Positions 32,167 to 42,680 are shown, counted from the stretch's first letter. The stretch: DNA of 64,000 nucleotides from Waterburya sp. (GCA_965217895.1 CBDCJV010000002.1:1248001-1312000), one strand, 5' to 3'. Notes: generated by a model not told the origin, from the letters alone. Program-made: numbers and translations.

Positions 32167-33324
32167 ATGACTTTAATTTTTTTGGTTTCTTTATCTTTGG
32201 TAATCTGGCTATTTTTATTATTGTTTTGGGGTGGGTTTTGGTTATCTAATCAACGTCTTGAAGATAGTGATTACAAATTAGAAAAATATCCCACTGTCTG
32301 GGCAATTGTTCCTGCTAGAGATGAGGCAGAGGTATTGCCTATAAGTTTGCCTTCCTTGTTAAATCAAAATTATGAAGGTGAATTTAAAGTAGTTTTAGTT
32401 GATGACAATAGTTGCGATCGCACTTCTGATGTATCCCAGGAAACTGCCGCTAAACTTAATAAAACAGAGAAATTAAAAGTAGTTAAAGGTAAACCTCTAA
32501 ATAAAAGCTGGAAAGGTAAATTATGGGCAATGGAGCAGGGAATTAGCTCTGCTCAACCAGCTCCTGACTATTTTTTGTTTACTGATGCAGACATTAAACA
32601 CGATCTTAATAATTTGAGCCAGTTGATTTATAAAGCAGAAACCGAAGATTTAGACTTGGTTTCTTTAATGGTCTTGTTGCGCTGCAAAAGTTTTTGGGAA
32701 AAGTTATTGATTCCTGCTTTCGTCTTTTTCTTCCAGAAGCTTTATCCTTTTGCCTGGGTTAATAATCCTCATAAATCCATGGCTGCTGCTGCGGGAGGCT
32801 GTATCTTGATTAGCAATCAAGCTTTATTGGACATTGGCGGTATTACAGCTATTAAAGATGCTCTGATCGATGATTGTGCTTTGGCAACGGCAGTTAAGTC
32901 TCAAGACAAAAATATTTGGCTAGGGTTAAGCAAAACAACTACTAGCCTGCGCCAGTATGATAATTTAAAAGTAATTTGGGATACTATTGCCCGCACCGCC
33001 TTCGATCAGCTGCACTATTCTTTCTTGTTATTAGTTGGCACAGTTATCGCCATGAATATTATTTATTTAGCTGCACCTATATGTTTGGTTATAGGAATAA
33101 TAACTACTAACTGGCTATTAACAGGAATGGCATTATTCACTTGGTTATTGATGGCTTGTGCTTATATACCGACCCTAAAACTATATAACTTATCGCTTCT
33201 TTGGGCATTTAGTCTTAGTGCGATCGCTTTTTTATACGTTTTGATGACTATGGACTCGGCGATCAAATACTATCAAGGCAAAGGCGGTAGCTGGAAAGGA
33301 AGGACTTATACTAAATCCTGTTGA
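32167..33324 (+). CDS. hpnB: Hopene-associated glycosyltransferase (GT2), HpnB-like
   Basis: PARDEA, WKGKLWA, TDADI, AAAGGC, LIDDC and GGSWKGR. Confidence 0.85.
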   Translation: MTLIFLVSLSLVIWLFLLLFWGGFWLSNQRLEDSDYKLEKYPTVWAIVPARDEAEVLPISLPSLLNQNYEGEFKVVLVDDNSCDRTSDVSQETAAKLNKTEKLKVVKGKPLNKSWKGKLWAMEQGISSAQPAPDYFLFTDADIKHDLNNLSQLIYKAETEDLDLVSLMVLLRCKSFWEKLLIPAFVFFFQKLYPFAWVNNPHKSMAAAAGGCILISNQALLDIGGITAIKDALIDDCALATAVKSQDKNIWLGLSKTTTSLRQYDNLKVIWDTIARTAFDQLHYSFLLLVGTVIAMNIIYLAAPICLVIGIITTNWLLTGMALFTWLLMACAYIPTLKLYNLSLLWAFSLSAIAFLYVLMTMDSAIKYYQGKGGSWKGRTYTKSC

Positions 33325-33370
33325 CATACATTATTTAAAGATCTAGAAAATAATCAAGAAATATAGCATT

Positions 33371-33404
33371 CTAGCAGGAGCGTATCAGTATACGCTCCTG
33401 CTAG
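33371..33404. terminator. Perfect 15-bp stem-loop between convergent genes
   Basis: CTAGCAGGAGCGTAT-CAGT-ATACGCTCCTGCTAG; no U-tract. Confidence 0.55.
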
Positions 33405-33475
33405 TGCGTCCAAAATTAAAGTACAGAGTTGATATCCGAAATCAAGAGGGTCACTTCATAAAATTGGTAACGTCC

Positions 33476-34645
33476 TTATGGCTTAAGTACAACCTTAATA
33501 CAGTTATCTTGTTTTTTCTTAAAGATGTCGTAGCCTTTAACTGCATCCTCTAAATTCATACGGTGGGTAATTATATAAGATGGATCGATGTCACCATTTT
33601 GAATGCGTTCTAAAAGCGGCTGCAAATACTTTTGGACGTGAGTTTGACCAGAGCGCAAAGTCAAGGCTTTATTAACGATCGCTCCTAATGGTACGTGATC
33701 TACATAACCACCATAAACCCCAGGAATTGAAACCGTACCGCCTTTACGACAGGCGATTATTGCTTCGCGTAGAGCGATTGGTCTACCACTTTCTATGCCG
33801 ATAGTTTGTTTTGCCTTGTCAACCAGATTCATGACATCTGTACCGTGAGCTTCCATACCTACGGCTTCAATACAGCGATCAGGACCTCTGCCATTGGTCA
33901 TTTCATCCAAGGCTTCTAAAATATCGACTTCTTCATAGTTGAGAACTTCGGCTTTGCTCTGTTCTTTTGCCATTTTTAACCGTTCTTGAATGCGATCGAT
34001 CGCAATTACTCTTTCTGCACCCAACATATAGGCACTTCTAATAGCAAACTGTCCCACTGGACCACAACCCCAAATGGCTACGGTATCTCCTGGTTCGATA
34101 TCGGCATTTTCTGCTGCCATATAGCCAGTCGGGAAGATATCGGTTAAAAATAAAACCTGATCGTCTTTCATGCCGTCGGGAATTTTAAGCGGGCCGACAT
34201 CGGCATAGGGGACGCGGGCATATTCTGCCTGACCTCCTGCAAAGCCACCAAAGGTATGAGAATAACCAAATATTCCCGAAGATGAGTGACCAAAGTTCTC
34301 TTTTGCCATCTCTTTGTTAGGATTGGAATTATCGCACAGCGACCATAAATCCCTATTGCAAAAGAAGCAGCTACCGCAAGCAATCGTAAATGGTACGACA
34401 ACGCGATCGCCTTTTTGTAAATTATTAACTCCCTTGCCTGTCTCAACGACTTCACCCATAAATTCATGACCCATAATATCTCCCTCTTTCATAGTGGGAA
34501 TATAGCCGTCGTATAGGTGCAAATCAGAACCGCAAATTGCTGTTGAGGTAATTTTAATTACTGCATCGCGGTCGTCTTCTATTTTTGGATCGGGTACGTT
34601 GTCTACTCGTAAGTCATTGGCACTATGCCAGCATACGGCTTTCAT
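33476..34645 (-). CDS. Zinc-dependent alcohol/formaldehyde dehydrogenase-like (YbdR/FDH-like MDR)
   Basis: ICGSDLH, GHEFMG, CGSCFFC...C, DIFPTG and GCGPVG. Confidence 0.92.
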   Translation of the reverse strand: MKAVCWHSANDLRVDNVPDPKIEDDRDAVIKITSTAICGSDLHLYDGYIPTMKEGDIMGHEFMGEVVETGKGVNNLQKGDRVVVPFTIACGSCFFCNRDLWSLCDNSNPNKEMAKENFGHSSSGIFGYSHTFGGFAGGQAEYARVPYADVGPLKIPDGMKDDQVLFLTDIFPTGYMAAENADIEPGDTVAIWGCGPVGQFAIRSAYMLGAERVIAIDRIQERLKMAKEQSKAEVLNYEEVDILEALDEMTNGRGPDRCIEAVGMEAHGTDVMNLVDKAKQTIGIESGRPIALREAIIACRKGGTVSIPGVYGGYVDHVPLGAIVNKALTLRSGQTHVQKYLQPLLERIQNGDIDPSYIITHRMNLEDAVKGYDIFKKKQDNCIKVVLKP

Positions 34646-34678
34646 AATATTTGATTTCTCCGAATTTCATACAACTAG

Positions 34679-34693
34679 TAGACCAGTCGTCTA
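34679..34693. promoter_or_regulatory. Putative TetR (NemR-like) operator upstream of the dehydrogenase
   Basis: Palindrome TAGACCAGTCGTCTA, nearly repeated at 35444-35458. Confidence 0.75.
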
Positions 34694-34833
34694 GTCATAA
34701 ATAAATACTAGCGATTTAAACGATAACGATTAATCTAACTAAAGGCAGAGATATTTAAAAACCTGATTAAACGAACGCCTGATTATCTACTAGCAATAAG
34801 CCAATGTTAACAGGCTAGACGGCGATAATAAAT

Positions 34834-35430
34834 TTAGCTAAAGATAGAGATATTCAAAACCCGCTCAAATAAAATTTTGACAAAGGTTTGCATCGGCAAG
34901 ACTGATTTAGTGACTTTAGCTTGCAGAATAGCTCCTTCCCAACCAGACAAGATAAACTTGGCCAGAGCCTCAAAATTGCGACTGTTCTCAATTTCTCCAG
35001 CTTCATAAGCTGCTTTCAAACATTGAATAAAATGCTGTTCCCATTCAGCAAATATCTGATTGAGGCGATCGCGAAACAACTCATTTTGCGTTGATAACTC
35101 TTGAGCCAGATTGCCAATTAAGCAACCATCATTACATTGATGAGCTTCCATCTCAGCAATTTTATATTCAAAATAGTTATATAATCGTGTCAATGGAGAA
35201 TGCTGTTCGTCTTTCAAAAAAGTTTTCAACCTGTGACGATATTCCTGGGCAAAATCATCAACAATCGCTAGTCCAAAATCTTCTTTGCTGGAAAAATAAT
35301 AATAAAATGAACCTTTGGGAACGCCAGCTTTGGTTAATACATCATTAAGGCTTGTTCCCTTGAATCCTTGCTGGACGACAATTTCCTTGCCAACTTGGAT
35401 TAGCTCATTGCGTTTATTAGCACGTTTCAT
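34834..35430 (-). CDS. TetR family regulator, NemR-like
   Basis: HTH AGVPKGSFYYYFSSKE, GCLIGNL and WEGAIL. Confidence 0.92.
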   Translation of the reverse strand: MKRANKRNELIQVGKEIVVQQGFKGTSLNDVLTKAGVPKGSFYYYFSSKEDFGLAIVDDFAQEYRHRLKTFLKDEQHSPLTRLYNYFEYKIAEMEAHQCNDGCLIGNLAQELSTQNELFRDRLNQIFAEWEQHFIQCLKAAYEAGEIENSRNFEALAKFILSGWEGAILQAKVTKSVLPMQTFVKILFERVLNISIFS

Positions 35431-35443
35431 ACTTTAATTATAG

Positions 35444-35458
35444 TTGACCAGTCATCTA
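35444..35458. promoter_or_regulatory. Putative autoregulatory TetR operator
   Basis: TTGACCAGTCATCTA, 13 bp upstream of the tetR ATG. Confidence 0.7.
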
Positions 35459-35686
35459 TAAAAATTAAACAACCATAATTAACGTCAATTGATTTTGAAC
35501 AGCAATCAGTTGACGTTGATCGACGGGCGAAGCCTGCTCTGACCTATGTTATTTATAAACATTAGCAAAAGTGGCTACCTATAAAAGTAGGTAACCATAT
35601 AGCTTGCTTATATAGAAAAAGCTTTGATATTAAATTCTGCCCAACGCCGTTATTAAAAAGAACCTGTAGCGTGGTGATAATTCTTT

Positions 35687-35887
35687 TTATTCCATTGGGT
35701 TTACAGCACTTTTTTGCTGATGAATTTTTTCTGGTACGGGCTGTGCATTACTACTAAAGGGCGAATAGGATGCAATCATGACAATAGGTAGAGTCAAAGT
35801 TACTATCGCAACTCCAGTACCTAAAACACCTGCCCACCTATGACCAGGAGGATCTTCGACTTTTCCTGGGCGTTGGCTAACTTCCAT
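35687..35887 (-). CDS. Small single-TM hypothetical protein
   Basis: GVLGTGVAIVTLTLP TM segment. Confidence 0.6.
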   Translation of the reverse strand: MEVSQRPGKVEDPPGHRWAGVLGTGVAIVTLTLPIVMIASYSPFSSNAQPVPEKIHQQKSAVNPME

Positions 35888-36056
35888 ACGTAAATATGAT
35901 AAATCTAGCTTTATCTTAGTGAATGGTTAGGGAAAGTAGAATTTAAAGACAATCTTTATATCTACTCTATTATTATAGCCATAAATCTCAATTATGTTGG
36001 TATCTTACTTGATTTAAGTTATAAAATTTTAATTAAGCTATTTTGGAGATCGATTA

Positions 36057-36947
36057 ATGGAAGCACAGATAAACACGTTTAGTCATCATTCTGTGCTGAG
36101 TCGAGAATTAATAGCAGGCTTAAACATCAATCCACAAGGGCATTACCTAGATGCCACTGCTGGTGGTGGCGGACACAGTGAACTAATTTTAGATCGCGGA
36201 GAAAATATTAGGCTGTTGGCAATAGATCGCGACGAGACTGCGATCGCTGCTGCTAAAGTTAGATTAGCACGTTACTATCCTCAACAACTAAAATTTTGGC
36301 AGGGAAATTTTGCTGATTACCAGCCAGACAATTTATTATTTGAGGGGATTATTGCCGATTTGGGCGTTAGTTCTCCCCAGCTAGACGTTCCAGAACGAGG
36401 ATTTAGCTTTCGTAATGCTGCTCCTTTGGATATGCGTATGGATCGTTCAGACGGCATTACCGCAGCAGAGATTGTTAACCACTGGAAAGAGGTTTCTTTA
36501 GCTGATTTGATTTATGAATATGGAGAAGAAAGATTTTCCCGTCGGATTGCTAAGAAAATTGTGCAGCAACGTCCTTTTCAAACCACTACGGATTTAGCTT
36601 CGGCGATCGCCTCTACCGTACCAGGAAAATATCGTCATGGCAGAATTCACCCTGCTACCCGTACTTTTCAAGCTCTACGTATTGAGGTTAATCAAGAACT
36701 AAAGTCATTAGAAAAATTTATTGATCGCGCTCCCAACTGGCTCAAGCCTGGGGGAATTATTGGTATTATAAGCTTTCATAGTCTAGAGGATCGCATTGTT
36801 AAACATCGCTTTCGAGGTAACGAGCTATTAGAAGTTATTACCAAAAAGCCAATTACGGCTCAACCAGACGAACAACGAACCAACCCGCGATCGCGCTCGG
36901 CTAAGTTAAGATTTGCCCAAAAAACAAGCACAGAAGCCAAATTTTAG
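36057..36947 (+). CDS. rsmH: 16S rRNA m4C1402 methyltransferase
   Basis: [32 protein letters not shown] and [10 protein letters not shown]. Confidence 0.98.
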   Translation: MEAQINTFSHHSVLSRELIAGLNINPQGHYLDATAGGGGHSELILDRGENIRLLAIDRDETAIAAAKVRLARYYPQQLKFWQGNFADYQPDNLLFEGIIADLGVSSPQLDVPERGFSFRNAAPLDMRMDRSDGITAAEIVNHWKEVSLADLIYEYGEERFSRRIAKKIVQQRPFQTTTDLASAIASTVPGKYRHGRIHPATRTFQALRIEVNQELKSLEKFIDRAPNWLKPGGIIGIISFHSLEDRIVKHRFRGNELLEVITKKPITAQPDEQRTNPRSRSAKLRFAQKTSTEAKF

Positions 36948-37195
36948 TTGCCTTCTGTCATTGGTTCGATACAAAGAGCGTTAGCTTCTGGTTTAGATAA
37001 AGTCAAAATTTTATCTTTTAAGATAATTTGCACGCCTCCTTGAGCCACAGAAAAATCTAAGACTACAAAAGCCGTACCAGGAACTAGCCCTTTAGAAATC
37101 AATTTGCCTACATAACCACCATAAACTTTGTTATAGCCAATAACAATCGCTGCCGAACCCAAAGATAATTCAAAGATATTAATAGTTATTCTCAT
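36944..37195 (-). CDS. feoA: FeoA family protein
   Basis: [11 protein letters not shown] and LTLSKPEA, FeoA SH3-like pattern. Confidence 0.75.
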   Translation of the reverse strand: MRITINIFELSLGSAAIVIGYNKVYGGYVGKLISKGLVPGTAFVVLDFSVAQGGVQIILKDKILTLSKPEANALCIEPMTEGN

Positions 37196-37204
37196 AAACC
37201 CTAC

Positions 37205-37564
37205 TTAGCTGGCGAAAGTAACAATGATTTTTTGAGCAATTTCTGAGCCAATACCGATCAGCTTGTCGTCAAAGCTGAGAATTACTGAACCATTATTAGT
37301 TTTGCTGACTAACTGTACTACTTGCCCTGGTTTTAACTGTAAATTTCGTAATTGGCGAGTGACTTTGCCTGGAGTATAGAGTTTAGTAATTAACCAGGAG
37401 TTTTCTGTAGGTATCTGATGCAAAAAATGGCAGTCAGGATTAGAATCTAGCTGTTTTGCTGACTCTAAAGTCGATTTGGAAGATATGTTGCCAATAAAGG
37501 TAAATTCCTGAAATCCTTTAGAGTTCTTAGCATTTAAAGATTGAATATCTACAGAATTAGTCAT
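37205..37564 (-). CDS. feoA: FeoA family protein with N-terminal extension
   Basis: LRNLQLKPGQVV, GSVIL and IGIGSEIAQKIIV. Confidence 0.75.
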   Translation of the reverse strand: MTNSVDIQSLNAKNSKGFQEFTFIGNISSKSTLESAKQLDSNPDCHFLHQIPTENSWLITKLYTPGKVTRQLRNLQLKPGQVVQLVSKTNNGSVILSFDDKLIGIGSEIAQKIIVTFAS

Positions 37565-37812
37565 GACAAAGTTTATTGAGAGAAATTGCTATTTATTTTC
37601 TATAAATACATATAGCGCGATTTGGTCTTGTTGACAATTATTTTTAAGTAGTATTTTTAAGTAGATTTATTTTATTCATGGCTATCAAAAACTTTAAGCT
37701 CCAGATTATTTATAGCTAGATTGCTGCGAATTGGCTGTAGAGAAGCGATCGTGTCAATAAAGGATAGGTGTATTTACCAGATCCAAATCCACCAGAAAAA
37801 GAGTTTCCAAGA

Positions 37813-38385
37813 TTATCGTCTTTTGGGATAAAGCCATTTTGAAAACAACCTAGTCATTCTGGGCATAGCTACATAGGTCATTAACAATACGAGTATGGCG
37901 GTAGAAATTAGACTTCGTAGCAATAAAGGTAAAGAAAATGATGCCAATAAAGGTACAAGGGTTAGATTTGCCAGTTGGATCAAGGGAAAAAGAGCAAGTA
38001 AAGTTACCGTTGCCATTTTGTAGCGTGGCGGGGGAATGATTCTTCTGGGAGAAGGTAAGGTAAACCAAGTCTCTAAGCCTGTAATCATCCTAATTCTGGC
38101 TGGTTCTAGGCGCAAACTTTCTGCACGAGCTAACCACTGATGGCGACATTCTGATTCCTGCCAAATCTGCAAATTACTGGCGCGATCAAATTTAAAAATA
38201 ATTTGATATTCGTTATTTTCAGGACTACCTGGACGAAAAACATTAGCACCTAAATGCCCTTCAAAAGTCATAGCCGACGCGGTAATACCAGAGATAAATT
38301 TCTCAAATGCTTCTTCACATCCTGGTTTAACTTGTCGTGAGATAACAACGGTGACTGGCGGATCGACTGAGTGATGGTGACTCAT
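37813..38385 (-). CDS. ABM-domain membrane protein
   Basis: VKPGCEEAFE, GHLG, TGLETWF, PPRYKMA and two TMs. Confidence 0.85.
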   Translation of the reverse strand: MSHHHSVDPPVTVVISRQVKPGCEEAFEKFISGITASAMTFEGHLGANVFRPGSPENNEYQIIFKFDRASNLQIWQESECRHQWLARAESLRLEPARIRMITGLETWFTLPSPRRIIPPPRYKMATVTLLALFPLIQLANLTLVPLLASFSLPLLLRSLISTAILVLLMTYVAMPRMTRLFSKWLYPKRR

Positions 38386-38475
38386 TCCCTTGTTTTTAAA
38401 CTTTTAGATTAGCTGAAATCGGAGTCGAAACCTTAGTTTTATGACCAATGATTAATTAGTAAATTAAGTAAATTA

Positions 38476-38517
38476 GTAGCTGAGGATACATCTTTATTGA
38501 TTTTAACTGTATACAGT
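38476..38517 (+). promoter_or_regulatory. NtcA-activated promoter
   Basis: GTA-GCTGAGGA-TAC (38476-38489), 22 nt, then TACAGT (TAN3T, 38512-38517). Confidence 0.85.
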
Positions 38518-38563
38518 ATGCAATATTAAGCAAATAATTATTAATGACTAGGTTTTTAGCTTT

Positions 38564-39556
38564 ATGCTAGTCACAAAAGAAGAAATATTCAAAAGGTTTT
38601 GGTATCCTGTGATGCCAACCTCACAAATGTCAGAGCAACCTCAAGGATTTGAGTTATTAGGTCAAAAAATTGTCTTGTGGTTAGATGATTTAGGTCAACC
38701 AGCAGTGGCAAGCGATCGCTGTTGTCATCGTTCGGCACAACTATCAAAGGGCAAAGTTATCGACGGCAATATTGTCTGTCCATATCATGGCTGGCGGTTT
38801 GACGGATCGGGAGTCTGCGTCAAAGTCCCTCAGCTAGAAGACAGTAGCCAGATACCTAAAACATATCAAATAAATACCTATCTGGCTCAAGAACGTTACG
38901 GATATGTGTGGGTATGCCTGGGTGAACCTTTGAAGGGAATTCCTGAAATAGCCGAAGCCAACGATCCCAGTTTTCGTTTGATTCCCGAATTTTATGAAAC
39001 TTGGCACTGTGCCGGCTTGAGAGTGATGGAAAACGAATTCGATCTAGCTCATCCTACCTTTGTCCACACTACGACTTTTGGTAGTGAAGCTCATCCTATT
39101 CCTGATGCAATAGAAGTGAAGGAAACTGAATACGGCATTACTGGTACAGCTACTTTGGGAGTAGTTAACCCCGAACAGCAGCAGAAAAATCTCAAAATGG
39201 ATGAAGGAATAACTACCAGAGTTTTAGATTTAGACTGGTATTTACCTTTTACCTGCAAGCTGAGGATCAATTATCCCAACGGCTTAGTCCATATCATAGT
39301 TAATACCACGACACCAATTAACGATTCATCTTCGCAGATAGTGCAGTTTTGTTTGCGAAATGATACCGAAGCTGACACGAAAGCAGAAGACGTGGTGGCA
39401 TTCGATCGCGCAGTAACCTTAGAAGACAAAGCTGTATTAGAGACTACTGATTATGATGTGCCTCTGGATATAAAACTAGAACAACACATGATGACAGATA
39501 AGCCAGGAATTTTGATACGGCGAAAGTTGAGCAAGCTTTTGGCAAGTAATAAGTAA
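38564..39556 (+). CDS. Rieske non-haem iron oxygenase alpha subunit (HpxD-like candidate)
   Basis: CCH...CPYHGW Rieske motif, ENEFDLAHPTFVH Fe site and ED; purine context. Confidence 0.88.
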   Translation: MLVTKEEIFKRFWYPVMPTSQMSEQPQGFELLGQKIVLWLDDLGQPAVASDRCCHRSAQLSKGKVIDGNIVCPYHGWRFDGSGVCVKVPQLEDSSQIPKTYQINTYLAQERYGYVWVCLGEPLKGIPEIAEANDPSFRLIPEFYETWHCAGLRVMENEFDLAHPTFVHTTTFGSEAHPIPDAIEVKETEYGITGTATLGVVNPEQQQKNLKMDEGITTRVLDLDWYLPFTCKLRINYPNGLVHIIVNTTTPINDSSSQIVQFCLRNDTEADTKAEDVVAFDRAVTLEDKAVLETTDYDVPLDIKLEQHMMTDKPGILIRRKLSKLLASNK

Positions 39557-39612
39557 AAGATAGGGGTAGAACGGTCGTTCGCCCTTAACAACTAATAACT
39601 AATAACTAAATT

Positions 39613-41013
39613 ATGGTACAACCAACAAATCAAGAACTAACTTTAGAAGAAGATATTGCCAGAGAAACACCTGCTTCGATTGAATCCGACTTAATTTATG
39701 GCTTAGAAGCTCGTCCGCCGTTTGTCGAATCAATATTTGTGGCATTACAGCACGTATTTGCCTGTTTTGTTGGTATTATTACCCCTGGGCTGATTATCTG
39801 CGGGGCGTTAGAAGTGCCTCCTGCCGATACTACTTTTATTCTTAGTATGTCTTTAGTAGTCTCAGGTATTGCCACTTTTATTCAAGCTAAAAGGTTTGGA
39901 CCAGTGGGTTCTGGTTTATTAAGCATACAAGGAACAAGCTTTGCATTTTTGGCACCAATTATTGCTGCTGGTTTGGCAGTAAAAGGGACTGGAGGTTCTG
40001 CCACAGATGCACTAGGTTTGATTTTTGGACTGTGTTTTTTTGGAGCTTTAATTGAAATTATTATTAGTCGTTTTCTACACTTGGCGAATCAAGTAATTAC
40101 ACCGTTAGTTACTGGGGTAGTAGTTACTTTGATTGGTTTGACCTTAATCAAAGTTGGTATCACTTCTATGGGTGGAGGAGTGGCAGCCCAAAAAGACGGT
40201 ACTTTTGGCAGTTGGACTTATTTAGGCGTTTCTCTGTTGGTGTTGGCAGTAATTGTTATTCTCAATAGTCTTAGCAGTAACTTTTTACGGATGTCATCAG
40301 TAGTTATTGGTTTGGCTGTAGGTTACTTAGTTTCGATTCCTTTAGGATTAGTCGATTTTAGTAATTTGTCCCAATTGCCCCCAATTGCCTTGCCGATACC
40401 GTTTAGATATGGCTTGAAATTTGATTTTGGGGCGTTTATTCCCTTTGCTTTTTTATATGTAATTACTTCCATTGAATCAATTGGCGATTTAACTGCCACC
40501 TCAGCCATTTCTGGCGAACCAATTGATGGTCCAATATATTTTCGTCGTCTTCAAGGCGGGATTTTGGGAGATGGAATCAATTCAATGATTGCTGCTTCTT
40601 TAAATACTTTTCCCAACACTACCTTTAGTCAAAACAACGGCGTAATTCAGCTTACAGGAGTAGGCAGTCGCTATGTAGGTTACTTTATTTCGGTAATCTT
40701 TGTTATTCTCGGTCTTTTTCCCATCATCGCGGGAATTTTTCAGGCTTTACCTCAACCAGTTTTAGGTGGCGCGACAATTATTATGTTTGGAACTGTGGCA
40801 GTAGCAGGAATTAAAATTCTGTCGATGGTCAATTTAACCAAACGTAATTCAATTATTTTGGCAGTTGCTTTCAGCATGGGTTTGGGAGTAACTTTTGTTC
40901 CTGAAATTCTCGACGCTTCACCCGATCTAATTAAAAGTGTTTTTTCTTCAGGTATTTCTACGGGAGGTCTTACCGCTTTAATTCTCAATATGCTTCTGCC
41001 AGGTAGAGAATAA
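39613..41013 (+). CDS. NCS2 xanthine/uracil permease
   Basis: LQH, GTSF, ESIGD and TTFSQNNGVIQLTG NAT signature. Confidence 0.93.
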   Translation: MVQPTNQELTLEEDIARETPASIESDLIYGLEARPPFVESIFVALQHVFACFVGIITPGLIICGALEVPPADTTFILSMSLVVSGIATFIQAKRFGPVGSGLLSIQGTSFAFLAPIIAAGLAVKGTGGSATDALGLIFGLCFFGALIEIIISRFLHLANQVITPLVTGVVVTLIGLTLIKVGITSMGGGVAAQKDGTFGSWTYLGVSLLVLAVIVILNSLSSNFLRMSSVVIGLAVGYLVSIPLGLVDFSNLSQLPPIALPIPFRYGLKFDFGAFIPFAFLYVITSIESIGDLTATSAISGEPIDGPIYFRRLQGGILGDGINSMIAASLNTFPNTTFSQNNGVIQLTGVGSRYVGYFISVIFVILGLFPIIAGIFQALPQPVLGGATIIMFGTVAVAGIKILSMVNLTKRNSIILAVAFSMGLGVTFVPEILDASPDLIKSVFSSGISTGGLTALILNMLLPGRE

Positions 41014-41124
41014 TTTTGAGGGATTTTTTACTATTTTTTTTTGATTTGTAATCTTTTTTCTTAAAGCTAATAGCTGATAGCTAATAGCTTAAAACCAATA
41101 ACTGACTACTGTTAGCGAAAAATT

Positions 41125-42288
41125 ATGTATAACTTAAAAGCAATTGTGATTGGCGCGGGTATGGCTGGATTAGGAGCGGGTATTGCTTTGCGCCAGGCGG
41201 GATACGAGGTGGAAATCTATGAGAAGACTAGAAAGCTTCGTCCTGCGGGGGCAGGTATTTCTCTATGGTCAAATGGAATTAAGGTTCTGAATAAATTAGG
41301 ATTGGGCAAGGAAGTTGCTGCCATTGGCGGACAGATGAACCGCATGGAGTACCGTAATCTTCAAGGAGAGGTTTTAAACGATGTCAACTTGATTCCTTTA
41401 ATGGAACAGGTAGGACAAAGACCTTATCCTGTATCCCGAACAGATCTACAGCAGATGATGCTGAACGCCTTTGGTGAATCAGACGTAAACATGGGAATGC
41501 GCTGTGTGGAAGTTAAACAAGATGTAGATAGTGCCACAGCTATTTTTGAAGATGGTACTACTACCACAGGGGATGTAGTTATTGGTGCAGATGGGATTCA
41601 CTCAGTAGTGCGTAGTTATCTTGCTGGTGGCAAAATAGAATCTCGCTATGCGGGCTATGTTAACTGGAATGGTATAGTCGAAGCTAGTCCCGATTTGGCA
41701 GAAAATGATGTTTGGGTAATTTATGTCGGGGAAGGAAAGCGCGCCTCGATGATGCCTATAGGGGGCGGACGTTTTTACTATTTTATGGGCTGTCCCAAAC
41801 CTAAAGGAACAAAAGTTGCACCCCAAGATATTCGCGCTGAACTAAAAGAAACCTTTACAGGTTGGGCGCAACCAGTCCAAAACCTGATTGAAAAACTCGA
41901 TCCCGAACAGGTTAACCGCCTGGAAATTAGCGATATCGATCCTCTTCCTAGTTTGGTTGAAGGTAGAATTGCCCTAGTAGGAGATTCTGCCCATGCTACT
42001 ACTCCAACTTTGGGGCAGGGAGGCTGTCAGGCGATGGAGGATGCAGAAGTTTTATGTCGTTATTTGATAACAACTAACATTAGCGTCGAAGATGCCCTTA
42101 AGCGTTACGAGGCAGAACGCAAAGAAAGGGTAGCGCAGCTAGTATTAAAAGCCCGTAAGCGTACTGATACTATCTATAATAAAGAACCAGATTTGACCAA
42201 GCAATGGTACGAGCAGTTAAAACAAGAACAAGCCGAGGATGTTACAGGTGCGATCGCCAAAATAATTCTTGGTGGACCATTGCATTAA
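41125..42288 (+). CDS. hpxO: FAD-dependent urate hydroxylase
   Basis: GAGMAG, ISLWSNG, RYAGYVNWNG, GEGKRASMMP and GDSAH..TP.LGQGGC. Confidence 0.88.
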   Translation: MYNLKAIVIGAGMAGLGAGIALRQAGYEVEIYEKTRKLRPAGAGISLWSNGIKVLNKLGLGKEVAAIGGQMNRMEYRNLQGEVLNDVNLIPLMEQVGQRPYPVSRTDLQQMMLNAFGESDVNMGMRCVEVKQDVDSATAIFEDGTTTTGDVVIGADGIHSVVRSYLAGGKIESRYAGYVNWNGIVEASPDLAENDVWVIYVGEGKRASMMPIGGGRFYYFMGCPKPKGTKVAPQDIRAELKETFTGWAQPVQNLIEKLDPEQVNRLEISDIDPLPSLVEGRIALVGDSAHATTPTLGQGGCQAMEDAEVLCRYLITTNISVEDALKRYEAERKERVAQLVLKARKRTDTIYNKEPDLTKQWYEQLKQEQAEDVTGAIAKIILGGPLH

Positions 42289-42680
42289 CGAACGACCCCC
42301 TAAAAGGTTCAACAGTTTGATGGGCGGTATAAACGTCGCAGCAAAGCTAAAGCGCGTTTTGCGAGAAAGGACTTGTCCGCATCTCAGTTCGTTGGCGGAG
42401 TTTCCCTGCATAAAGAAACTGTCGAGGTTGAGTAAGAGTATTCTTTCTCAACAGGCGAGTGGAATATGCTCTCTAACCGAGAGCATCGAGAAGCATTCCC
42501 TTGCGCCTGACGGCGATGCGGTGAAGCAGTCCGTTGCTGAGATTCCCTTCGTTGAAGGAACTGCTGAACCCTTTAGGGGGTCTTCTCTCATTTCCTCGCC
42601 TCAAAAGCCGCTGTACGACGACACGCCCTCCTCAACGGGAGAAAGGCTTTAGCCGCATCTAACCCCCCTTTGGGTTCAGC
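42289..42680. repeat. Mosaic of nested small dispersed repeats
   Basis: GC-rich multi-hairpin segment sharing modules with 10615-10799, 50054-50105, 53185-53295 and 55109-55173. Confidence 0.88.

Noticed and set aside
42269..42652. 127-aa ORF between hpxO and uraH as a possible OHCU decarboxylase
   Set aside because: It is composed of dispersed-repeat modules found elsewhere in the window and shows no UraD motifs.
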